64,000 bases of DNA from Candidatus Pacearchaeota archaeon (GTDB taxonomy: Archaea; Nanobdellota; Nanobdellia; Pacearchaeales; GW2011-AR1), in NCBI GenBank assembly GCA_018304175.1, contig JAGVWT010000003.1, positions 33,982 to 97,981 of the forward strand, read 5' to 3'. Below, piece after piece: positions 56,355-64,000 of this stretch. Made by a program: the position numbers and the translations under genes. Each line of letters starts with the position of its first letter. The first letter of the stretch is position 1. The notes beneath the pieces were generated by a model. It was not told where the DNA came from. It worked only from the letters and a program-made list of their open reading frames with translations, and ran no database searches.

Positions 56355-58946
56355 ATGACAAAAGTAATTGAAGTAAAAAAACATAGTGGTAATCAAATTG
56401 AGTCAATCTTACACCCATTAGTCAAGGAATGGTTTTTTTCTAAGTTTGAGGATTTCTCGCTGACGCAGAAATATGGTGTAATGAACATATGGGAAAGAAA
56501 AAATATCTTGATTTCAGCGCCGACAGGAGGAACAAAAACGCTTACAGCTTTTCTTTCAGTTTTGAATTATTTAGTAATTCTTGCCGAGAAAAATGAATTG
56601 GAAGACAGAATTTATGCAGTTTACACTTCTCCATTAAAAGCGTTGAGCAACGATATTCATAAAAATTTAATTGAACCTCTTTGGGAAATAAAAGAACTGG
56701 CGAAAAAAAAGGAAGTTAAATTGCAAGATATAAGGGTTGGTTTGAGAACTGGAGATACATCTGTGAGTGAAAGAGCAAAAATGATGAAAAAATCACCACA
56801 TATTTTTGTTACAACACCTGAATCTCTTGCGATAGTTTTGACTAGCAAAAAATTTGTTGAAAAACTAAAGGCTGTAGAATTTTGTATTGTCGACGAAATT
56901 CATGCGATGGATAATAAGAGGGGAACTTATTTGAGTATCACTCTTGAAAGACTTAACGAGATTTCTTCTGTTTTTCCTGTGAAAATTGGATTGAGTGCGA
57001 CTGTGGAACCAATGGAAGAAGTTGCGAAGTACCTTGTTGGCGAAGATGAAAAAAGGGAAGTAAATTTTGTGCGGGTTCCTCTAGATAAAAAAATAAACAT
57101 TGAGGTCTTGACTCCTGTAGATGATTTTATATCTGACAAAAATATCTCAACAAACATGTACTCTTTGATTGATAGATTGATAAAAGAACACAAAACGACT
57201 TTAATTTTTACGAATACAAGGAGTGCTACTGAAAGGGTTGTGAGTCACTTAAAAGATAAGTTTCCAACAGAGTATGGCGATGATAACATTGCCGCGCACC
57301 ATTCTTCATTGAGTAAAAGCCATAGGTTTGACATTGAAGAACGCTTGAGGCAGGGAAAATTAAAAGTAGTAGTCTGCTCTACTTCCTTGGAATTGGGGAT
57401 TGATATTGGATATATTGATTTGGTAATAATGCTGTCTTCTCCAAAGTCATCTTCGAGGGCTTTGCAACGTTTAGGAAGGGCAGGGCATAAACTTCATGAA
57501 ACAGCGAAAGGAAGATTCATAGTTCTTGACAGAGACGATTTAGTTGAATGTAGCGTAATCCAAAAAGAAATGATTGAAAGAAAAATAAACAAAATAAATT
57601 TCCCTCAGAATTGTCTTGATGTTTTGTCGCAGCAGATTTTTGGAATGGCAATTTATAAAATCTGGGACCTAAATGAAATTTTTTCTGTGATTAGGAAAAG
57701 TCATTGTTACAAAAATCTTCCTAGAAAAGATTTTTTAGATGTTATAAGCTACCTTTCTGGAGAGTATGAACTTGAAAAAAACAATATTTACAGCAAAATC
57801 TGGTACGACCAAAAAACAAATCAAATCGGCAAAAAAGGGAAGATGGCTAGAGTTTTGTATTTGACAAATATAGGAACAATTCCTGATGAATCTTTTGTTA
57901 CTGTGAAATTTGCGAGCGGAGAGCAGATTGGTTTTATCGATGAGGGTTTCATGGAAAGGATGAAAAAAGGAGATGTTTTTGTATTGGGCGGGAAGAAATA
58001 TATTTATAGATACACAAGAGGAATGAATCTTTATGTGAATAGTGCTGAACATCTTTCTCCGACAATCCCTTCGTGGTTTTCTGAAATGCTACCATTGAGT
58101 TTTGATACTGCTTTGGAAGTTAACCTCTTCAGAAAAATAATGAGAAATAAACTTGAGTCAAAAACAAAAAAACAAGAAATATTGAAACACATAATGGAAT
58201 ACCTATATGTAAAAAAAGAAACAGCAGAATCGATATACAATTATTTTAACGAGCAGCACAAATTTTTAGAGATACCAAACGAAAATCTTATAATTGTTGA
58301 GAAATACAAGACAGAGAAAAGTTATTTTTTGTTTCATAGCATGTATGGTCGAAGAGTCAATGATGTCTTGTCAAGGGCTTTTGGGTTTTTGATAGGAAGA
58401 ACAGGGAAGAGGGATGTAGAAATTGGAATAAATGATAATGGGTTTTACATTGCCGGAGAAGCTACAATTCAAAATTCTTTAGGGAAGGCAATCAAATTTC
58501 TCGACGAGAAAAACATTGAGGAAGTCTTGAAAGAAGCGATTGAAAAAACAGATGTTTTAATGAGAAGGTTTAGACATTGTGCAGCAAGAAGCTTGATGAT
58601 TCTCAGAAATTATAAAGGAAGGAACAAAACAGTTGGGAAACAGCAGTTAAAAAGTCATTTCCTTCTTCACGCAGTAAGGAAGATAACAAAAGAATTTCCA
58701 ATACTTAGAGAAGCACGAAGGGAAGTAATTGAAGATTTAATGGATTTAGAAAGCGCGAAAAAAGTTTTGAAGTGGATAAAAGAAAAAAAAGTTAAAATTG
58801 TAATTCTTGATACAAATGTTCCGAGTCCTTTCGCAATGAATTTAATACTTCAAGGTTACAGTGATTTAATTAAAATTGAAGATAGGCAGGAATTTTTGAA
58901 GAGAATGCATGAAGAACATTTAAAAGTAATTGGGGGTGAAGAATGA
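56355..58946 (+). CDS. lhr: Lhr-like large superfamily-2 helicase (Lhr core)
   Basis: Motif I SAPTGGTKT, motif II DEIH, motif VI QRLGRAGH, Lhr-type winged-helix and domain 4; 863 aa. Confidence 0.85.
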   Translation: MTKVIEVKKHSGNQIESILHPLVKEWFFSKFEDFSLTQKYGVMNIWERKNILISAPTGGTKTLTAFLSVLNYLVILAEKNELEDRIYAVYTSPLKALSNDIHKNLIEPLWEIKELAKKKEVKLQDIRVGLRTGDTSVSERAKMMKKSPHIFVTTPESLAIVLTSKKFVEKLKAVEFCIVDEIHAMDNKRGTYLSITLERLNEISSVFPVKIGLSATVEPMEEVAKYLVGEDEKREVNFVRVPLDKKINIEVLTPVDDFISDKNISTNMYSLIDRLIKEHKTTLIFTNTRSATERVVSHLKDKFPTEYGDDNIAAHHSSLSKSHRFDIEERLRQGKLKVVVCSTSLELGIDIGYIDLVIMLSSPKSSSRALQRLGRAGHKLHETAKGRFIVLDRDDLVECSVIQKEMIERKINKINFPQNCLDVLSQQIFGMAIYKIWDLNEIFSVIRKSHCYKNLPRKDFLDVISYLSGEYELEKNNIYSKIWYDQKTNQIGKKGKMARVLYLTNIGTIPDESFVTVKFASGEQIGFIDEGFMERMKKGDVFVLGGKKYIYRYTRGMNLYVNSAEHLSPTIPSWFSEMLPLSFDTALEVNLFRKIMRNKLESKTKKQEILKHIMEYLYVKKETAESIYNYFNEQHKFLEIPNENLIIVEKYKTEKSYFLFHSMYGRRVNDVLSRAFGFLIGRTGKRDVEIGINDNGFYIAGEATIQNSLGKAIKFLDEKNIEEVLKEAIEKTDVLMRRFRHCAARSLMILRNYKGRNKTVGKQQLKSHFLLHAVRKITKEFPILREARREVIEDLMDLESAKKVLKWIKEKKVKIVILDTNVPSPFAMNLILQGYSDLIKIEDRQEFLKRMHEEHLKVIGGEE

Positions 58947-59458
58947 TTAATAATTTAATAAAATCCCTTACTGAAAGTGAAAGAAAACTTTTGGTTGAAA
59001 ACAATAGAGTTGAGGGAGAGGATTTTTTTGAAGCTCATGAAGATGCTGCTTTGGCCTGGTGTTACGCGAAAGCAGAAAGACTTAGACCTGCTACTCTAAA
59101 CTATGTAAAAAATATTCATTATGCTTTAATGAGAAGACTTAATCCTGAAATAGCTGGAAGATTCAGGGAAAAAAAAGTTTATGTCGGAAACAGGGATGAT
59201 TGTTCTCTTCCAGGAAAAGTTAAATCAGATATGGAGAAATGGTGTAAAGAATTTAATCTAGCAAAAAAAGATGAGGATGAAATAATAAAGGAATATATAA
59301 GGTTCATGAAAATTCATCCTTTTGAAGATGGAAACGGCAGGACAGGAAGAATATTAATGAACATTCAGAGAATTAATAATGGATATGGTTTGCACATAAT
59401 AATGAGGTCTGATAAAATTGTTCAAGGAGAAGATGATTATTACGGTTTGTTTAGATAA
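58943..59458 (+). CDS. fic: Fic/Doc-family (Fido) protein
   Basis: Canonical Fic motif HPFEDGNGRTGR; start ATGA overlaps the lhr stop; 171 aa. Confidence 0.8.
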   Translation: MINNLIKSLTESERKLLVENNRVEGEDFFEAHEDAALAWCYAKAERLRPATLNYVKNIHYALMRRLNPEIAGRFREKKVYVGNRDDCSLPGKVKSDMEKWCKEFNLAKKDEDEIIKEYIRFMKIHPFEDGNGRTGRILMNIQRINNGYGLHIIMRSDKIVQGEDDYYGLFR

Positions 59459-59459
59459 A

Positions 59460-59855
59460 ATGAAAACAAAAACAGAAAAGGATTTTGCGAAAACTGTGCT
59501 TGATCTAACAAAAACAAAAGAAGAGAGAATTCAGGCTGCGTTTCATTTGGAGAATGCACTGAATGATGAATCTATAAGAAAACTTGGAAAAGCGCTTTTG
59601 ACAGAACCTTCACCAATTGTGAGGCATGAATTTGCGTTTTCCCTCGGTGAAAATGCTAAACCTAAAATAGCAAGTCCTTACTTAATGAAAGCTGTTGAAG
59701 AAGATGAAAATATTTTCGTGAGACATGAAGCGTTGCTCGCCTTAGCAACATTAAACGATAAGTCAGTAATTCCTTTTATAGAAAAATTTCTTAATTCTCC
59801 TGAAGAAGAAATCAGGGAAAGTGCTGAGATTGCACTTCAGAGGTTGAGAAATTAA
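59460..59855 (+). CDS. HEAT/PBS-lyase-repeat protein
   Basis: Repeated ...VRHEFAFSLGE... and ...VRHEALLALATL... HEAT-like units. The ATG at 59460 directly follows the fic stop. Confidence 0.55.
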   Translation: MKTKTEKDFAKTVLDLTKTKEERIQAAFHLENALNDESIRKLGKALLTEPSPIVRHEFAFSLGENAKPKIASPYLMKAVEEDENIFVRHEALLALATLNDKSVIPFIEKFLNSPEEEIRESAEIALQRLRN

Positions 59856-60168
59856 ATAAATTAGGCAATCGGAATTCCTTGAAATTTTTTTTTAATATTT
59901 CACCTATTGTCGAAGTTTTGACTTCTTTTTTGCCTTTTTTCCTAAATTGTTCTTCTATCGATTTATCTATCTTCTCTCTTACGATATTTCTTCCATATAA
60001 AGTTAATCCCTGAACCAAAGCACCATTGCCATTTCTCCTAATCTCGTTTATCGCTTCGTCCACATAATTATTAATTTCGTTTGCGTTCCAGTTTGGAAAT
60101 CCAGCCAATATATTACTCCTTAAATCATTTTCAGTCCAGTCAAAAGTATATGGTAAATCTCTTCCCAT
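59812..60168 (-). CDS. small chimeric ORF carrying a 62-bp near-identical copy of an nrdR ATP-cone segment; possibly a gene fragment
   Basis: Encodes IEEQFRKKGKKEVKTSTIGEI. DNA 59897-59958 is about 95% identical to 54498-54559 inside nrdR. Confidence 0.4.
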   Translation of the reverse strand: MGRDLPYTFDWTENDLRSNILAGFPNWNANEINNYVDEAINEIRRNGNGALVQGLTLYGRNIVREKIDKSIEEQFRKKGKKEVKTSTIGEILKKNFKEFRLPNLFNFSTSEVQSQHFP

Positions 60169-60218
60169 TTTTAAATAAAATTACTAAGCTTTTTAAGCAT
60201 TTATCTTCTTGAAAATAT

Positions 60219-60950
60219 ATGGAACAGAAATTCGTTTTTATAGACAAAACCGTGTTTTTTCCTGAGTATGGGATTTTAGTAATCGGAGATTTGCATGTTG
60301 GTTACGAGCATTCGTTGAGGGATTCTGGTGTTATGATTCCTGAAAGTCAGACTGATGATACAATAAAAAATTTACAAGAAATAATAAATGAAATAAAAAG
60401 ACAAAATTGGAATATCAAAAAAATTGTTTTTCTTGGAGACATAAAGCACTATTTTGGTTATGAGTGGAAGGAGAGGGTTTATTTTAACAAAATACTTGAC
60501 TTTTTAAGAAAATATGTAAAAGATTCAGGAATTGTTTTGATAAAAGGAAATCATGACAAGTTCGACTTTTCCGGAAAGAAAATGAAAAATTATTTTATAA
60601 AGGATGGAATCGCATTTTTCCATGGTCATATGTCTTATAATCAAGTCAGTGACGAAAAAATAAAAATTTGGGTTATTGGGCATTTGCATCCTTCAATAAT
60701 GTTAAGCGACAAGCAAAACATAAAGCGAGAAAAATACAAGTGTTTTCTCGTCGGAGAATTTAATAGTAGAGAAGTTATAATTGTCCCAAGTTTTTTGGGA
60801 ATAATTGAGGGGACTTCTGTAAATGAAGAAGGATACGAAAATGAAAAAGAATTCTCAATTATTCCTCACGATGCGATAAAAAGTTTTAATGCTTATGTTG
60901 TTGATGAGAAAGGAAAAGTTCTTGATTTTGGAAAAGTAAGAAAGTTATGA
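60219..60950 (+). CDS. metallophosphoesterase (possibly Lhr-associated MPE-type)
   Basis: IGDLHVG, FLGDIKHYF, GNHDKF, GHMS, GHLHP motifs. Confidence 0.7.
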   Translation: MEQKFVFIDKTVFFPEYGILVIGDLHVGYEHSLRDSGVMIPESQTDDTIKNLQEIINEIKRQNWNIKKIVFLGDIKHYFGYEWKERVYFNKILDFLRKYVKDSGIVLIKGNHDKFDFSGKKMKNYFIKDGIAFFHGHMSYNQVSDEKIKIWVIGHLHPSIMLSDKQNIKREKYKCFLVGEFNSREVIIVPSFLGIIEGTSVNEEGYENEKEFSIIPHDAIKSFNAYVVDEKGKVLDFGKVRKL

Positions 60951-60994
60951 TTTTTATTTGAAAAGTTATTTAAACTACAACAATATATTATTTT

Positions 60995-61426
60995 ATGCTC
61001 GGAAGCCTTTCTATAAATCATACGGCTGTAATTGTTAGCGCTGTTATATCTTTTTTAATAGGTTGGATTTGGTATTCTCCACTTCTTTTTGGTAATCTTT
61101 GGATAAAAATGAGTAAATTCACAAAAGCTCAGATTAATGCTGGAAAGAAAAGAGGTATGAAGGGAATGTTACCTCAAATGCTCTTTGGATTCTTGAGTAC
61201 GTTGGTAATGATTTACACTCTCGTGATACTTATTGAAATTTTTGAAGCAATAACAATTGTTGCAGGAATTTTCGTGGCTTTTTTGGTTTGGGTTGGTTTC
61301 ATAGCGACGACGATGCTTGGAATGATTCTTTGGGAAGGAAAACCTTTCGCTTTATATTTGATTAATTCAGTGCATTATCTTGTAGTTTTGCTAATTTCTA
61401 GTGTGATTCTTGTTTTGTGGTGGTAA
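60995..61426 (+). CDS. integral membrane protein
   Basis: Four TM helices. Confidence 0.35.
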   Translation: MLGSLSINHTAVIVSAVISFLIGWIWYSPLLFGNLWIKMSKFTKAQINAGKKRGMKGMLPQMLFGFLSTLVMIYTLVILIEIFEAITIVAGIFVAFLVWVGFIATTMLGMILWEGKPFALYLINSVHYLVVLLISSVILVLWW

Positions 61427-61491
61427 GTCTAAATTTTCAGTTTCTTACTTAATAGAAAGACATTAAAATAAATAATTCTCTGAAATGATAA

Positions 61492-61562
61492 GGGTGCGTA
61501 GGCTAGTGGTAGACTACCTGGCTCCAGCCCAGGAGATGGGGGTTCGATTCCCTCCGCGCCCA
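61492..61562 (+). tRNA. tRNA-Trp (anticodon CCA)
   Basis: Manual fold: acceptor GGGTGCG/CGCGCCC (one GU), anticodon stem CCTGG/CCAGG with loop CTCCAGC, T-arm GGGGG-TTCGATT-CCCTC, discriminator A. The D-arm pairing is weak. Confidence 0.55.
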
Positions 61563-61605
61563 TTTTCTATGTAAACTTTTTATACGTCAATTCGTATTTC
61601 TTTTT

Positions 61606-61989
61606 ATGGAAGTAATACTTGACACGAATTTTATCATGACTTGCGTGAAGCAGAAGATTGATTTTTTTAGTGACATAGAAACACTCGGCTTTAAAATTAT
61701 AATTCCAAAACAAGTTCTTAATGAATTAAAACTTGTAATCAGGTCGCGAAAAAAGCATCATTTCAGACAGGATGCTGAGCTGTCTTTAAAAATTATAGAA
61801 AGTGAGAAAGGAAACTGGAAAACTGTTGACTTGAAGAAGTATGGTAAAAACACTGACACTGGAATAAAGAACTTCGCGGAGGTTCACGAAAGAGTCTTGG
61901 TTGCGACAATGGATCAAGAATTGAAAAGAAAAATAAAAAACAACAAAATAGTAATCAGGGGAATGAGAAAACTTGATGTTGTGAAATAA
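61606..61989 (+). CDS. PIN-domain ribonuclease (Fcf1/Nob1-like)
   Basis: N-terminus ILDTNFI and the C-terminal acidic VATMDQELKRKI. Confidence 0.6.
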   Translation: MEVILDTNFIMTCVKQKIDFFSDIETLGFKIIIPKQVLNELKLVIRSRKKHHFRQDAELSLKIIESEKGNWKTVDLKKYGKNTDTGIKNFAEVHERVLVATMDQELKRKIKNNKIVIRGMRKLDVVK

Positions 61990-62028
61990 CCCAGTAATAT
62001 TTATAAATATTGAAGTTTAATATTTTTT

Positions 62029-62454
62029 ATGAGTTTTTTAGACAGATTATTCAAAGATGATTCTACAATAAATTTTCCTAGAGGGGTAGATGGTAATGAA
62101 GCTAAAAAATTTTTTGAGTTTATCAGGGAAAAGATAGGTAATGACTGTAGAATAAGTTTGAATTACTCAGGTGAATTAGAATTAGCGAGTTACAGTGATA
62201 GAGACAATGTGAAAACAATGTATGGAGACATAACTGTTTCACGCGAAGACAGGTATTCATCGACAAGTTTTTCTTTGGTAAAACCACAAAAAAAACCGAA
62301 TGGAGTTTTTTCTGGATTAAAGTTCAGGGTACCAGTAGGATTTGATTTGGAGGGATTGCATCCTTTTGAAAGAGATTTATGTGGTAGAGTAAGAGAGATA
62401 ACAAAAGAATATTTTACAGTTAATAATTCTCGTTCTGGAAATTCTGCGAGTTAA
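62029..62454 (+). CDS. hypothetical protein
   Basis: ORF only. Confidence 0.3.
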   Translation: MSFLDRLFKDDSTINFPRGVDGNEAKKFFEFIREKIGNDCRISLNYSGELELASYSDRDNVKTMYGDITVSREDRYSSTSFSLVKPQKKPNGVFSGLKFRVPVGFDLEGLHPFERDLCGRVREITKEYFTVNNSRSGNSAS

Positions 62455-62492
62455 TACAGAAATTTTTATAAAAGTAAAAAATAAGGTTCTTT

Positions 62493-62924
62493 ATGGATGT
62501 TATAACAGAATTGGAAAAGAAAACATATATTGAGTTTCCAAAACAAGTAGATGTAGAACAAGTAAAAGAAATTCTCAAATTTGTTTCCAAGGAACTTAGT
62601 GCTGATATTGATGGATTTTTCCCTTTTGGTTACCTTAATATATCAAGCGGAAAAATAAAAAGATTTCAAGAAACTGATGGAAGAAAAAAGGAAGCATGGT
62701 TGGGATATTTTGATGATAGAAATATCTGTGTCGGAGCAAATTTTGAGTTAGTTGAAGTTTTTTATCGTGGAAATATTCCTAAATATTACGCTGGAATATG
62801 GTTTAAACCCCGATTGTCTTGGAAAAGCCATAACGAAAGCAACGAAAGTAAAGTTAGAGTTTATGATAATGTAAGAAGAGTTATAACATCAAATTCTTCA
62901 AAGTTGGTGAATTTTGTAAGTTAG
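62493..62924 (+). CDS. hypothetical protein
   Basis: ORF only. Confidence 0.3.
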   Translation: MDVITELEKKTYIEFPKQVDVEQVKEILKFVSKELSADIDGFFPFGYLNISSGKIKRFQETDGRKKEAWLGYFDDRNICVGANFELVEVFYRGNIPKYYAGIWFKPRLSWKSHNESNESKVRVYDNVRRVITSNSSKLVNFVS

Positions 62925-62973
62925 TACAATCAAAAAGCTTTTTAAACAAAATTTCGCTCTTATTTTTGCTAAA

Positions 62974-63573
62974 ATGTTCTATCTAAATGAAATTGAAGAC
63001 TATGTAAGAGTTGAGCCTCGTCTTTTCAAACTGGAAACTTTTGAGGCAGTTGAAAAGCAGCTTAGAGAAACTTATGAGGATTATTACGATAAAGAACTTG
63101 GAAAAGTTGTCGCTGTCGTCGAGGTTTTGGAAGTCGGTAGAGGAGTTATAATTCCTGGAGACGGTGCAGCTTATTACAAATCAACATTCAGACTTGTTTC
63201 ATGGAAACCAGAACTTCACGAGATGGTTTATGGAGTAGTTTCTGAAATTGCAAATTTCGGCGCTTTCATAGACATGGGTATTATGAAGGGAATGATTCAC
63301 ATCAGCCAGACAATGGATGACTTTGTAAGCTTCAGCAAGGCAAACTCACTTTTAGGAAAGGCTTCAAAAAGAACATTGAAGCAAGGAGATATATGCCTTG
63401 CAAGAATTGTTGCGATAAGCCATAAAGGAGACAGCCCAAAAATTGGCTTGACAATGCGACAGCCTGGTCTGGGAAAACTTGAGTGGATTAAAGAAGAAAA
63501 AATAAAAAGAAACAAGGAAGCACAAAAAGCAATGAAAGTTGAAGCAAAAGTGAAAACTAAAAAAATAAAATGA
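62974..63573 (+). CDS. rpoE: DNA-directed RNA polymerase subunit E (Rpo7) with S1 domain
   Basis: N-terminal Rpo7 fold plus S1 domain (GVVSEIANFGAFIDMG...GDICLARIV). Confidence 0.85.
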   Translation: MFYLNEIEDYVRVEPRLFKLETFEAVEKQLRETYEDYYDKELGKVVAVVEVLEVGRGVIIPGDGAAYYKSTFRLVSWKPELHEMVYGVVSEIANFGAFIDMGIMKGMIHISQTMDDFVSFSKANSLLGKASKRTLKQGDICLARIVAISHKGDSPKIGLTMRQPGLGKLEWIKEEKIKRNKEAQKAMKVEAKVKTKKIK

Positions 63574-63842
63574 CAATAGAAACAAAAATTGATAGAGAAA
63601 CTACTGAAGTTATGAACATAATTTTAAGAGTTTTAAGAACTGAAGAAATTCAAGAAAGTAATGGATTTGTAGCTCCAGGAATATTCTATGCAGAAGCTCA
63701 AAGATTTGGATATAATGGAAGTCAGGAAAAACTGAATCAGATAGCACAAAAAATGGGAGAAGTAGAATGTTTTCAGCGAGGACAAACACAAAATTATCAT
63801 TATAAATTAAGAAAGGGGTTTAAAGGAATAGTAGAGGATTGA
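63570..63842 (+). CDS. hypothetical small protein inserted between rpoE and spt4
   Basis: ORF with start overlapping the rpoE stop. Confidence 0.35.
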   Translation: MTIETKIDRETTEVMNIILRVLRTEEIQESNGFVAPGIFYAEAQRFGYNGSQEKLNQIAQKMGEVECFQRGQTQNYHYKLRKGFKGIVED

Positions 63843-63843
63843 A

Positions 63844-64000
63844 ATGAAACAAAAAGCATGCAAGAGATGCAACAGAATATTTGAAGAAGAGAAATGTCCT
63901 GGCTGTGGCTCTACTGAATTTACAGACAGTTTCAAAGGAAGGGTAATGGTAATAAATCCTGAGAAATCTGAGATTGCAAACAAACTGAAATTAAAGGACA
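63844..64000 (+). CDS. spt4: transcription elongation factor Spt4 (RpoE''), partial at the window edge
   Basis: MKQKACKRCNRIFEEEKCPGCGSTEFTDSFKGRVMVINPEKSEIA, the Spt4 zinc ribbon. Confidence 0.75.
   Translation, partial: MKQKACKRCNRIFEEEKCPGCGSTEFTDSFKGRVMVINPEKSEIANKLKLKD

Noticed and set aside
59812-60168. Small ORF as a full NrdR/ATP-cone paralog
   Set aside because: Only a 62-bp patch is shared. The N-terminal 70 aa have no ATP-cone signature, and there is no zinc ribbon.

Overview
The window is AT-rich (roughly 30% GC) and gene-dense, with short, often overlapping genes and a nearly complete archaeal information-processing set. The organism is probably a small-genome (DPANN-like) archaeon. 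Recognisable genes include MCM helicase, TBP, ATP-dependent DNA ligase, aIF-1A, aIF-2 beta, aRF1, ribosomal protein L15e, RNA polymerase subunits Rpo7/Spt4/Rpo11, RadB, type IA topoisomerase, an Lhr helicase and FtsZ. Translation genes are clustered: gatD-gatE-aspS-(gatC?)-gatA with a divergent gatB at the window edge, plus MetRS, a probable ValRS and four tRNAs. tRNA-Asn and tRNA-Lys carry anticodon-loop introns. A nucleotide-metabolism block runs from about 48.4 to 55.8 kb: thioredoxin, a dCTP-deaminase-like/Nudix fusion, a CobA-type adenosyltransferase, class II (B12-dependent) ribonucleotide reductase, nrdR, and an ATP-cone/Mrr-nuclease fusion.

The most unusual observations:
- Two of the four tRNA genes (Ile, Lys) are preceded by a roughly 75-105 bp insert-like segment bounded by exact 18-bp direct repeats of tRNA positions -4..+14. 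The two inserts share internal motifs, and a matching TATA box sits only in front of the upstream copy.
- A roughly 75-bp hairpin-plus-tail repeat family (R1) sits directly in front of the start codons of gatB and a glycosyltransferase gene. A third, partial copy lies inside the tRNA-Lys insert.
- Tandem NrdR-box-like palindromes, centred 32 bp apart, lie upstream of nrdR-nrdJ.
- A 62-bp near-identical DNA segment is shared between nrdR and an unrelated small ORF.
- An lhr-fic-HEAT module lies next to a metallophosphoesterase.
- A gene encoding HTH, 4x16-aa tandem repeat and XRE-HTH domains is split between two frames.
- MetRS has lost its C-terminal tRNA-binding domain.

No CRISPR array, rRNA, transposase or integrase gene is visible.
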